A stretch of DNA of 61,471 nt, filler included. It is 8 parts of 8 records of this genome, joined end to end, with 100 filler letters (N's around TTAATTAATTAA, not from the genome) between each part and the next. Parts side by side here need not be neighbours in the genome. Positions count along the whole stretch, not along the records: positions 15,785 to 22,549 come from SRR15195285_823; positions 22,650 to 36,325 come from SRR15195285_826; 6 more parts are not named here. One strand, 5' to 3'. The notes beneath the pieces were generated by a model, which worked only from the letters and a program-made list of their open reading frames with translations, was not told the DNA's origin and did no database searches. Positions 18,701 through 28,700 of the stretch are shown here, piece by piece; the stretch's first letter is position 1, and each line of letters opens with the position of its first letter. The position numbers and the translations under genes are program-made.

Positions 18701-21267
18701 TTATGGATGAGGAGGAGGAGCGGCGCAAGGATGAGGTGGACCCAGCACGTGTACGACTGCGCAAGGAGCAGGCTGCGATCAAGCAGGCTGAGTCACTGCG
18801 AGAGACCAAAGCATTTGAAGTTGGCATGCGGGTGCAGGTTGTTAGAGATCAGCGTAACAGCAGCAGCTCTAGTCGTAAGAAGCAGAGCAGCGGCAGTATT
18901 GCCCCTGTGGATGAGACAGAAGGTGACGCCGCGATGAAAAAAGCTGAGCCTGAGGCGTTTGCCGCCCTGGGTAGGTACGCAACCGTGCGTGGTGTGGTAG
19001 AACAGCGAGGGCTCTACTACTTCAAACTACGTCTCGAGCCACACGAGCTGGATCTACTGGATCAGCACCACCCACCGAAGAATGAACAGCGGGAGCAGGA
19101 GCAGGCGAATGATTTGGCTGCGGCGCAGCAGGATGATGACACACTGAACGATAGCGAAGAGGACGAAGGTGACGAGATTATTGTCGTGTCGGCTCGCTAC
19201 ATGAAGGCAGCGACAATCACCGCACCTACAAACCGTTTGCAGTGGCTGTGGCGGAAACATTGGCCGAAGCTCAAGCGCAAATTACTCTCCATCTGGCCAG
19301 CGATCAAGGCGCACCACAATGAGATCGCAATGTTCCTCGGTGGCGCATGCCTCACACCGATATGTTTGCAACTTTTCACGCCTCTACATTGTACATATGT
19401 TGAGACAGCAGTTCGTGTGTGGGATATCTATCTGTATGTCGATCCAGACAGCGAGTGCTTCACTGGGCTGCACTTGTTCTGGGTCTTCCTCTCACTGGTC
19501 GCACTCTCAATATTTCTTCCGTCGGTTTGCCTCGTCATGCCAGTTCTCTCATCGCGGCCAACCAGAGGCGCTGATATCAACACGCAGACTATCGCCTACA
19601 AGCCACATTTCATTGCGGCGCGGACTTTGCTGCGTGCAGCTTTGCCTGCCAGCCAGACATTTCTGCTGGGTCGGCAAGGTGGCAACACCGTGCAGCACGT
19701 CCTTAGTATGTGCGCTGTGCTGTCACTTTTTGCGCTTGTGAGTGCCACTCAGCCATGCTCCTGCAGCATCGTGAACTACCTGCACATGAGCAGTTATGCA
19801 ATGGTACTCTGGTGCGCGCTGATGGTCCTGCTCTTTGGTCTGATTCCTGAAGATGATGTCCTGCCAGAAGTGACCATTGGCGAAGGATACCAGTTGCCGG
19901 AGGCGCTGTTGCTGGAACAGCAGCAGCGCGAGGCTGCTGAGGCGCAACGTGAGGAGGCAGAGCGCGATCCCGCCGCTATGGCAGACGGTGATGTTGCGTT
20001 CGGACTGGTGTTGGTGGGCTGGGCGCTGATTGGTCTGTTGTGGTGCATACCGACGGACTGCTTCGCGGCATGTGCTCTGTTGAAGAGGCAGGTTGGTCAG
20101 ACAATCGCCGACTTGCGATACGCCCTCGCGGACGGTGAGGGCGGGTCGCAGATCAACATCTATCGCCTAGACGATGGTACGCAAAAGTCAGACCCCGCAG
20201 ACGACAAGGATGGAGGCAAAAACACTGGCAAACCGGGAAAGTTTCTTGCATGGGCGGGGAAGAATAGTGGAGAAGATGGTTCGAAGAAGCAGCAACATCC
20301 GTCGCTTCCTGGCGGCGGAGAGCACCTGGCTGACGCAGCAAAGCAGTTTCCTGTCGGCACACGAGTGAGACTGTGTGGCAATAAGCAGGACAAGGAGCTG
20401 ATGCTCGGGCCGCCAGAGCAACGCAAGGTATGGGAGCGCTTAGGAAGCGATGGCTCAGTGCTGCGATGGGACGGCAACCAAGGCAAGCTGCTGGTAGCAC
20501 TGGAGCCTAGCACAGCTCACCCTGTCGTGTGTGGCAATCCGAAGTGTAGAAAGGAGTACGAACGGCGGGGTGAGTTGAGCCAGGCAATCACCACTAGCCA
20601 GGCCCTCGTACAGATAAGCAGGGCCCTGGGTCTGAGAGGCAAGCTGACACTCGCTACGAAGGCAGCGCCGACAGAACCAGGTACGGCGGACCCTTCGCTT
20701 GACCGCAACGATCGCGAAACAGGCGCATCGCCTCCGCTCGATGCTGTGATTGCGGAGGCGTGCAAGCAGCGGCCGAGCCTGGGGTCACCGGCGGAATTCA
20801 AGCGAGGGAAGAACTTCCGCGAGCAGCTGCAGCAGATCTGCACTGAGTACCAGATCAGAACCAATTGGATCAAGGGCGAGGCTGCCGTGGCTTCGCGCCA
20901 CAGTGTGGCAGGCGGAGGAGGTGAGCTGACGTGTGGCGCCTGCATGAGTGCGATATCCCAGACGAAGCTGTGGGTCTGCCCGCAAAACGTCGAGGTCAAT
21001 TTCCCGTGGTCCTACGTGCCGCTGGAGGAGCTGCGGGCAGCTGGAAAAATGGGTTCAGGAGCAAGCGGCGCAGACGGGCATCCCTACGTCGACAGCACAC
21101 GAAAGGAGCGCTATCTGTCTCCAGAGGACCTGCGGGTGGCTTTTCGTCAGGAGGGCGTCGAGAGCCTGCAGCAGTTCTACGCGATGCCGAGGTGGAAGCA
21201 GAAGCGGGCGAAGCTCAGAACCGGTATATGGCACGATTACGCAGAGCAGGAGGAGGACGAAGAGTAG
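15787..21267 (+). CDS. 5'-truncated large multipass membrane protein with N-terminal coiled coils and a C-terminal villin headpiece domain
   Basis: The frame of ORF 15964..21267 is open back to the contig start. It has coiled-coil heptads and about 10 or more TM segments, including the protist-type LxxDxxxxCFxxxH motif (YVDPDSECFTGLH). The C-terminal VDSTRKERYLSPEDLRVAF...FYAMPRWKQKRAKLRTGIW matches the villin headpiece. Confidence 0.8.
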   Translation, partial: PHRKQVQQTEAALEDNARETIRTEALLAEASIELQRNTATLQELEQQLNDVSRDLDYLTMQAVEGPQPAGGPGLLIKELTTLDPSTPGNDERSAQIKSSLLETLGDELQHIIDYVRERAKSFKKAGQPKMEAANKDTASWFESKIAELQSLDLEIELMKRKQGAPPLYPRVCTAEELELTVRQRIELLLEKHNPPKLQHLDELMGEWDGESQLLFERIVDKYEPTTLRGKLPNLRRIVARLRTEYEQLKNKLVGSQQVVTHCNDTLEELSAHRKRLLPEVTRLSREQAELDREVKLRESKMMEIEQQMQNQKSNGDSKNDEAGENDEGVDSGVVGVACIQILWRISDYYDDDVFTDIMFHLASRTELRVHHLDCSRIMPFVRIMRVLSPDVSTPPQYASASAGTGGHGTDEAPASEALSVFYDIRRWALEQIIFLIDQSSQRDIMEREDPGLELLRAASDSQLDHPDLCTLSTGILTLTAYKEYETMDAISAASCLVDQSVKKRNATALPLIDRAVGAILQLHVGTPILYMHGQQLYYVASCLLRRGAAVARTASSGDASPKPMPRLAGWARSLPIFGPLLNVTVVWVVCSIILVWFIIPIFLVSPGRNLNTQEETLIWSYVLLKLSAFCVFVMWALNEAGYRELTANVESSILAQTAVKRGDTERLLALDTKEEALRQEIHGSAAGMNELSMEEKAQRRSQLQQVKEEREGLALLPSIENLPLRQMFTIQLLRSAGASQRQEKTQPNLRMWNWHNIVVMTELVWELVQLLAYVVPWPILRVFHLWLGGDEIFKLTWLIASLGGVGVWMLCTDALLLAGGFVLSSILGVFSWVERILPVTFKTAAEVDDEQVHRLRKALTGSPEPPPHVERERMVKVQWAELEAPTWEKESSLPKPLKELPGKNGEPPAPVSLGDEHAGGWPELEVIWAMTQDKQLKEFATKYGGVKPVAELFEDERPTVAAVLAWTWVDKVMDEEEERRKDEVDPARVRLRKEQAAIKQAESLRETKAFEVGMRVQVVRDQRNSSSSSRKKQSSGSIAPVDETEGDAAMKKAEPEAFAALGRYATVRGVVEQRGLYYFKLRLEPHELDLLDQHHPPKNEQREQEQANDLAAAQQDDDTLNDSEEDEGDEIIVVSARYMKAATITAPTNRLQWLWRKHWPKLKRKLLSIWPAIKAHHNEIAMFLGGACLTPICLQLFTPLHCTYVETAVRVWDIYLYVDPDSECFTGLHLFWVFLSLVALSIFLPSVCLVMPVLSSRPTRGADINTQTIAYKPHFIAARTLLRAALPASQTFLLGRQGGNTVQHVLSMCAVLSLFALVSATQPCSCSIVNYLHMSSYAMVLWCALMVLLFGLIPEDDVLPEVTIGEGYQLPEALLLEQQQREAAEAQREEAERDPAAMADGDVAFGLVLVGWALIGLLWCIPTDCFAACALLKRQVGQTIADLRYALADGEGGSQINIYRLDDGTQKSDPADDKDGGKNTGKPGKFLAWAGKNSGEDGSKKQQHPSLPGGGEHLADAAKQFPVGTRVRLCGNKQDKELMLGPPEQRKVWERLGSDGSVLRWDGNQGKLLVALEPSTAHPVVCGNPKCRKEYERRGELSQAITTSQALVQISRALGLRGKLTLATKAAPTEPGTADPSLDRNDRETGASPPLDAVIAEACKQRPSLGSPAEFKRGKNFREQLQQICTEYQIRTNWIKGEAAVASRHSVAGGGGELTCGACMSAISQTKLWVCPQNVEVNFPWSYVPLEELRAAGKMGSGASGADGHPYVDSTRKERYLSPEDLRVAFRQEGVESLQQFYAMPRWKQKRAKLRTGIWHDYAEQEEDEE

Positions 21268-21464
21268 AGCGGTCGAAGAGAGTGCATGCTGCACAACAAC
21301 AACAATGCACTGTGATTGCCACTGTGCCGCAAACATCTTTGCGGGCATTCGCTATCGGCCTCGCTTCCCGCTCTGCTGACCATCGTTGAAAGGACAGACG
21401 CAGCGGTGAGACGGTTGGTCCAGCAGCCACACTCATGCGGAGAGACCAACTGAGGCTTCTTCTG

Positions 21465-21707
21465 TCAGATGTTGCCGACATAGCCACTCTTCACACGGTC
21501 CCCATCGAGCTTGCCAGCCTTGCGCCGCGCTGTGCGCTCCTTCTGCAGCTCATAGAGCTGCTCCGGGTCATCTTTCGCAGCCTCAATCTTCTGCTGCAGG
21601 ACGATCGTGCTAGCTCGAGGCTCGTACGATTGCACCGAGCCGCGCTCCTCCGTATTCGCCGTTCCATCCCCAGTCGACGGCGTCGCTGTGCTGGCTCCGC
21701 AGCCCAT
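21465..21707 (-). CDS. 80-aa small protein with an N-terminal dual acylation motif (MGCGAS)
   Basis: ATG at 21707 within ORF 21465..21788 gives MGCGASTATPSTGDG..., a typical myristoylation (G2) plus palmitoylation (C3) N-terminus followed by a charged helical segment. Confidence 0.6.
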   Translation of the reverse strand: MGCGASTATPSTGDGTANTEERGSVQSYEPRASTIVLQQKIEAAKDDPEQLYELQKERTARRKAGKLDGDRVKSGYVGNI

Positions 21708-21851
21708 GCGAGCAGCGACGCTGCTCTGCACTGAGTAACTGCTGGCTGCAAGTGACTGCCGGTCCGCGGACGGCGACCCTTCGGCCACAAGCCAACAGGT
21801 CGATCGCAGTGCGCGCTCGCTCCGCTGAGCTCACAGCACCGCCATGAGCCC

Positions 21852-21882
21852 TCCGTCCCTCCGTCCGTCCGTCCGTCCGTCC
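21852..21882. repeat. (CCGT)n microsatellite
   Basis: tccgtccctccgtccgtccgtccgtccgtcc. Confidence 0.8.
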
Positions 21883-22257
21883 CTGATCAGTGGCGGCAGG
21901 GCAGGGGCTCGCACCCTGTGCGCTGCGCTGTGCGTTGTTGTGCCAAGGGGTTGGTGCAGTGAGGGCCGCCCTCCGTCCACCTGCGCGCCGCCGGTCCAGA
22001 CGTCCCTGGAGTGGAGGCGCGCGCGTGCGTCATTGCGTCATGCACGCGCTATCCAGTTGATCCGTACTACTCTCACTTTTCCAATAAAAATGAGTTCGCA
22101 ATTATGCAAATGCCCTACACGGAGAGTACCGTACTACATGTATTATAGTACTTGAATGCGGCCTGCTGTAGGCTCAGTTGGCTCAGGTGGGCAATGACCT
22201 ACCGTCACAGAGAGGACAATATCGGAGTGGTATTTGTTCGTGAGGGGTTCGCATTTC

Positions 22258-22342
22258 ATTCGCAGTTGGATTCTGACTGGTTCTGGAAGAATGAAGAATG
22301 ATGACTTCTGCTGCAGGAAAATTCGCAGTTGAATTCTGACTG
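22258..22342. repeat. 22-bp direct repeat pair in AT-richer non-coding DNA near the contig end
   Basis: ATTCGCAGTTGGATTCTGACTG (22258) and ATTCGCAGTTGAATTCTGACTG (22321), 21/22 identical. Confidence 0.8.
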
Positions 22343-22549
22343 TCAGAAATGGTTTCGCATTTATCCGCGGGGTTCGCGTTTATACGAATGCGTTCCTCTA
22401 CTGTGTAGTACAAAATACGGCTGTGTTTATGTAAACTGCTGTCAGGAAACGAAGTGTTCCACACTCGGAAGCGCACTACGCAACTGCGACGGTTCGGTAT
22501 CCTATGCTAAACGAGAGACCACACCCAAGGTGCGGCTAGAACCCAAGAA

Positions 22550-22649
22550 NNNNNNNNNNNNNNNNNNNNNNNNNNNNNNNNNNNNNNNNNNNNTTAATTA
22601 ATTAANNNNNNNNNNNNNNNNNNNNNNNNNNNNNNNNNNNNNNNNNNNN
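22550..22649. other. Artificial contig spacer
   Basis: N44-TTAATTAATTAA-N44. Confidence 0.98.
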
Positions 22650-22679
22650 GAGAGAGAGAGAGAGAGTGTGTGTGTGTGT
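22650..22679. repeat. (GA)n(GT)n microsatellite at contig start (intronic)
   Basis: gagagagagagagagagtgtgtgtgtgtgt precedes the acceptor tgcag at 22750. Confidence 0.85.
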
Positions 22680-22750
22680 TTGTGCGCGCGCCCTCTTGCG
22701 GCGCTCAAGAACGCTGACGGGCGCCGCCTGCGTGCTGTGCTGTGCTGCAG

Positions 22751-25700
22751 ATCAAGAACCCAGACAAGGGCCCAGAGCTGCGCACTGGACACAGCGTCGT
22801 GGTCACCGGGCTGCCGAACAACCCGAAGGCGGTGCTTGTTGGGGGATGCACATCCAGCGCGCTGGTGAACGATGTATGGAACCTCAAGCTTGGCGCAGAG
22901 AGTCTGGAGTGGGAGAGGCCAAAGATCGGCCAGCCCGATTCGGCGCCCTCACCACGCTGGCGGCACACCGCAACGCTGCTTCGTGAGTTGGCCTAGCAGC
23001 TGCCGCAGCGCCCAGCAGTGATTGCTCTAACATTTCTCGCCTGCGCAGCCGATGGCAAGCGGATTTTTATCTTCGGCGGGATGGACAGGAGTAGGCGGTA
23101 CGACGACTGCTTCATCCTGGGCACGGACAAAATCAACGCCTCTCCGTCACAGGTGCGGTGGACGGTGCCTGACGTGACGGGTGCAATTCCAGCCCCTCGT
23201 GCTAACCACACTGCCACACTGGTCGGCGACAAACTGTACATCATCGGTGGCTATGGCGGCTCGGGGTTTTCACGGGTCATGTTTGCCGACGTGCATGTAT
23301 TGGACACCAATACGTTCGAGTTCACAAAGCTCCAGCCGGCGGGCACACCGCCTGAACCGCGCGCGAACCACGTCACAGTGAGCGTCCGCAACAAGCTGTA
23401 CGTGATGGGTGGACGCGGATTCACGTCCGTGCATGATGATGCATGGGTGCTCGACTTAGACGAAATGAAGTGGTCCAAGGATCCCGTAACCACGCCGGAG
23501 CCCGTGTACAACCACGCTGGCTTGGCGACCATGGCAGTCCCGACATGGAAAGCGTTCTTTTTCGGCGGCCGACACGGCGTGTACGACAAAGACACGGACA
23601 CACGCAAGTACCACGGCCAAGTGACTGTGCTGGACGCTGATAATATGACGTGGCTGTCTCCAACCATCCACGGTTCACCGCCGTCCGCGCGCGAAGACAC
23701 GATCATGGTCTATGACTCGAAGAACTCACGCATGGTGCTTATCGGCGGCTGGGCCGACAAGCTGTACACCGACGTCCACATCCTCGTGCGTCAATATCTC
23801 GCGAATCGTGCTTGTGAGCCTCTGTTTTCCTCTTTTTGTAGGTTTGCTGACAGTGTTCCGGTCATCATGCAGGACGTATCGATGATTGTTGGCCCGCCAT
23901 ACGCGATCGAGAGCTGTTTACCTATCATCGGGCCGGTGGATGGTGGCACAGAGCTCATTATCACTGGTATGGGTTTTACCAACGATTCATGCAGTGTGCG
24001 TTTCTCCTTCGGAAAGGGCGAGGATCAATTTGCCGACGCTCCGGGCGAATTCATATCTTCAACTGAAATCAAGGTGGTTACGCCAGACTTTGAGGAGTTC
24101 GGTCCGAAGAAGGTCGACGTGCGGTTGTCGATTAAGGGTGATGCCTTGACAACGACTAAGACGACCTACCAGTACTTCGAAAACACCAAGGCCGAAAACT
24201 GCGTAGTGTATGGCCCAGGCACCAACCCAGTCTGTGCCATCAACACACCGGTGGCAATTGTGATTCAGGCCGTTGACGGCGCGGGGGCAATGCGGGACAG
24301 CGGTCTTGACACTTTCCAAGTCGAAGTCATGGACACGTCGAACGGTAGTGCCATCCCAGAGGACGAGATCTCAATCGTTGACAACGATGACGGGACATAT
24401 CTCGTCACTTTCTCAGCGGAGAACCCGGCAGTGCATCGGATCGACCTCATGTACAAAGAAAATCAGCTCAACGGCAGTCCATTCGAGGTGCAATTCAGCG
24501 AAGAAGCTTCGCCGGACGTGAATGCAATTAATGGTACAGCGATGCTGGAGCAGCTGAGTCAGGACATCGAAGAACTGTCGGTCTTTACAACCACCACTAG
24601 CAAGGGCGTCGACGAGCCAGTCGCAACTGGCGACAAGGAGCCGCTGCTTCGTGTGATGGGGCATCTTTTCAACGTGAAAGCTCGGGATGCCGAAATTGAG
24701 ACGAAAATCAATCGGTACCGGGAACTTATCAAGTACTTGAAAAAGTACCACAACATCAACAAGAGCGCTGATCTGACCAAGCTGGAGGCGTCCAATGATA
24801 CTTACAAGGAAATCAAGAAGTCCCTGCCGGAGGTCCGCACCAAAATCGCCCAACCGATGAAAGTTGCTGCCGCTGCGACACGTGAAGAAGTGGCTGAATT
24901 CACCCAGAACTGCCGAAAATTTCGCGAACTCTTCAAACAGAATTCGTTTTTCTCGTTTGATACTGGGCCGGAAGCCAGCTATACAACAATTGAGGAGGTC
25001 ACCAAGGACATGGTGTCTCTCACTGCTGATGCGAACGCACTGGCTGAAGTCTGCAAGGTGTACGAATTTCCGGAGGTTATGGACGAGGCGCTGTCCCTGG
25101 TCAAGGACTGCTCGAGTGACCTCCTGTCAATTCATGCCGCCTGGAAAAATTCAGAAAAGATTGCTACCACTTTCGATCGCTTCAACTCAACACTCTGGGC
25201 AAGCGTTGACGCGGACGCGATGGAAGAAGAAGCAAAGGCACTGCAGAAATCCACCCGTCAGCTAGACCGCGCAGTGCGTTGGTGCGATGCGTACAAGCAG
25301 CAGGAGCTGACTGTCAAGAACATGCTGGTCGCGCTTCCCCTCGTTGCCGACTTACGCCACCCGTCCATGCGTGATCGACATTGGGCTGAGCTGATGCGGG
25401 TCACAGAGAAGTCGTTTGATTTAGAAGATCCGGCCTTTTCGTTACGCGACCTGCTGGACCTCGGTCTGCACATGTTCGGCGACGATGTCGGAGAAATCGT
25501 CGAGCAGGCGCAGAAGGAAGAGAAAATGGAGAAGACACTTGTTGAGCTTACAGAAACGTGGGACCCAATGGAACTTCAATATGAGCAGCACAAAGACACG
25601 GACTTGCAATTATTCAAGATGGATGGCGACGATTTCGAGACGCTTGAAGATAATCAGCTGGTGGTGCAGAGCATGATGGCGTCGAAGTATCTAGCGACGT

Positions 25701-28700
25701 TCGAAGAAGAGATCCGTGGCTGGCAGAAAAAGCTTGCCACCATCGCAGACGTCATTACGATTTCGTCAGAGATTCAGCGCACGTGGTCATATCTTGAAAA
25801 CCTTTTCGTTTACTCCGATGAAGTCAAGAAAGAGCTCCCAGAAGATGCGAAGCGTTTTGCTGGACTGCACGAAGAGATCATCGCCATCCTCAAATACGGG
25901 GTGAGCGAGCCCAACGTGGTCAAAATGTGCAACAAAGAGGGACTTTTCGAGCAACTAGAGAAGATAGCAGCCGGTCTGGAACTGTGTGAAAAGGCGCTTG
26001 CCGACTACCTTGACGCTAAGAAGCGTATTTTCCCTCGATTTTACTTTACATCAACCGTAGATCTCCTGGATATGCTCAGCAACGGCAACGATCCACTGCG
26101 GATTATGCCTCACATGCCGAAAGTCATCTGTGGCATAGCCCAGCTGAACGTGACGGGAGGCGAGGACGGCAAAGATCGTCCTACAGCATCTGGCATGGTT
26201 GCGGCTGTTGGAGTCGAGGAGGTTGCCTTTGACAAACCCCTAAAGCTTCTGAATAAGATCGAGAGCTATTTGCAAGATGTCATCGACTCGATGCAGACGG
26301 CTTTGCAGGTCAATGCGGTAAGCAGCGTTAAATCTGTGCTCACCAAGCCGCGCCGCGACTGGATGTATGAGGACCCTGCGCAGATCACCATAGCGGTGAA
26401 CCAGATCCAGTGGGTGAACGGTGTCGAGGCCGCTCTGGATGAGCTCTTGGCCGGAGGCGGCCCGGATGGATCAGCCCTCAAGGATTATTCGAAGTCTCAG
26501 ATTGACGGCCTCTCCGAACTGATTAGCATTACACGGACGAACTTGTCCAAACCAAAGCGTACGCTTGTGATGGTACTCATTACCATGGACACGCACAATC
26601 GCGATGTGATAAGCAACTATCTGCTGAAACAGGGCGTGTACGACAAGACGAACTTCTTGTGGGCGTCGCAGCTACGACCGAAGTGGATGACAGAAGAGGA
26701 GCGCATCCTGTTCTCGATTTGTGATGCGCGCGTGCCGTACGGGTACGAGTATCTGGGGAACGGGCCGCGCTTGGTCATTACCCCGCTGACCGACCGCATA
26801 TATGTCACGGCTACCCAAGCCCAGAATCTTTCTCTCGGGTGTGCACCAGCTGGCCCAGCAGGTACTGGCAAGACAGAGTCCACAAAGGACCTGTCGTCCG
26901 CGCTCGCGGTGCCCATTTACGTTTTTAACTGTGCGCCAGAGATGGACTACCGCTCTCTCGGCGATATTTTCAAGGGCCTTGCAGCCTCAGGCGCCTGGGG
27001 ATGTTTTGACGAGTTCAACCGCCTCATTCCAGAAGTGTTGTCCGTGTGCACAGTGCAGTACAAGGCTGTTACTGACGCGATCCGCCAAGGTGTGAAGGAG
27101 TTCATGTTGATGGGAGACATGATGACGCTGATCCCGTCTGCAATGGCTTTCATCACCATGAACCCAGGATACCTCGGTCGTTCTGAACTGCCAGAAGGCC
27201 TAAAGGCACTCTTTAGGCCTATCACAGTTATGGTTCCTGACTTCGGTTTGATTTGCGAGAATATGCTCATGGCGGAAGGGTTTGAGACGGCTGTCGTGCT
27301 GGGCAAGCGCTTCTTCACGCTCTATGACCTTTGCAAGCGACTGCTGTCAGCGCAGATGCATTACGACTGGGGCCTTCGGGCGATCAAGTCTGTGCTCGTC
27401 GTCGCTGGTGGGTTCAAACGCGCCGAACCAGAAATGGATGAGGGAGGCATCCTGATGCGCGCCTTGCGTGACTTCAACATCCCCAAAATTGTTGCTGACG
27501 ACATGACTGTCTTCATGGGTCTACTGGGAGATTTGTTCCCAGGCCTGGACCCGCCGCGCAAGCGCGACATGGAGTTCGAGGCTCTGGTCAAGAAGGTTAC
27601 ACTGGACAACAAACTTCACCCTGATGATGAGTTCATTCTCAAGTCGGTGCAGCTGGGTGAGCTCATGGAGATTCGGCACTGCGTGTTCGTGATGGGACCG
27701 GCTGGATGCGGTAAGTCAAAGGCGTGGCAGATTCTCGCACAAGCCAAGAATGAGGCCGGCCAGCGATTTACGCACCTTTTCCCCAATCAGAGCACCATGG
27801 ATGGCGGCAAGATCACGGCAAAAGATGTCAACCCCAAGTCGATCCAAACTTTTGAGCTTTATGGATATGTCAACATGGCGACGCGCGAGTGGAAGGACGG
27901 TCTGCTGTCTAGTACCATGCGTGACCTTGGTAACGACCCGGATAAGAACCCGAAGTGGATTTTGCTGGACGGCGACCTCGATGCCAACTGGATCGAATCG
28001 ATGAACAGTGTGATGGACGACAACAAAATTCTGACGCTGCCGTCCAACGAGCGTATCACTCTATACCCACACATGCGCCTGATCTTCGAGATCCGGGATC
28101 TCAAGCATGCCACGCCCGCCACGTCATCCCGTGCTGGTATCCTGTACATATCCGATGACAACGGGTACCAGTGGCGATGCATGGTCAAGGCGTGGCTCGC
28201 CAGTCGCTCTGAAGAAGATGGCTACGACGAGGCCACCAAAACGGAGCTCTCGACGATGTTCGAGGAGTACATTGCGAAGACCTTGTTCCAGATCAAGAAA
28301 GAGTTTTTCACGATCATTCCGATGGTGGACGTGCAGTCGGTTGAGACAATGTTTCACCTTTTGGCTGGGCTGCTCACAGATGATGTGATCAAGGGAGAGC
28401 TTCGGCCACTGCTGGAGACTTACATTGTGTTCGCTTGCGTATGGGCATTTGGTTCTCCTCTGTTCACGAAGGACAATGTCAACTACAAAAAGGAATTCAG
28501 TGCATGGTGGAAGGCTGAATTCAAGAACGTCAAGTTCCCGTCTCGCGGTGAAGTGTTCGACTATTACGTTGACGTGGAAACGAAGAAGTTCGAGCCGTGG
28601 ACTAAAGTCGTTCCGGTCGTAGAGTACACTAGCGATATGGAGATGTCATCGATTACTGTTCCCACACCAGAAACGGTGTCGGTGGACTTCATGTGTGACA

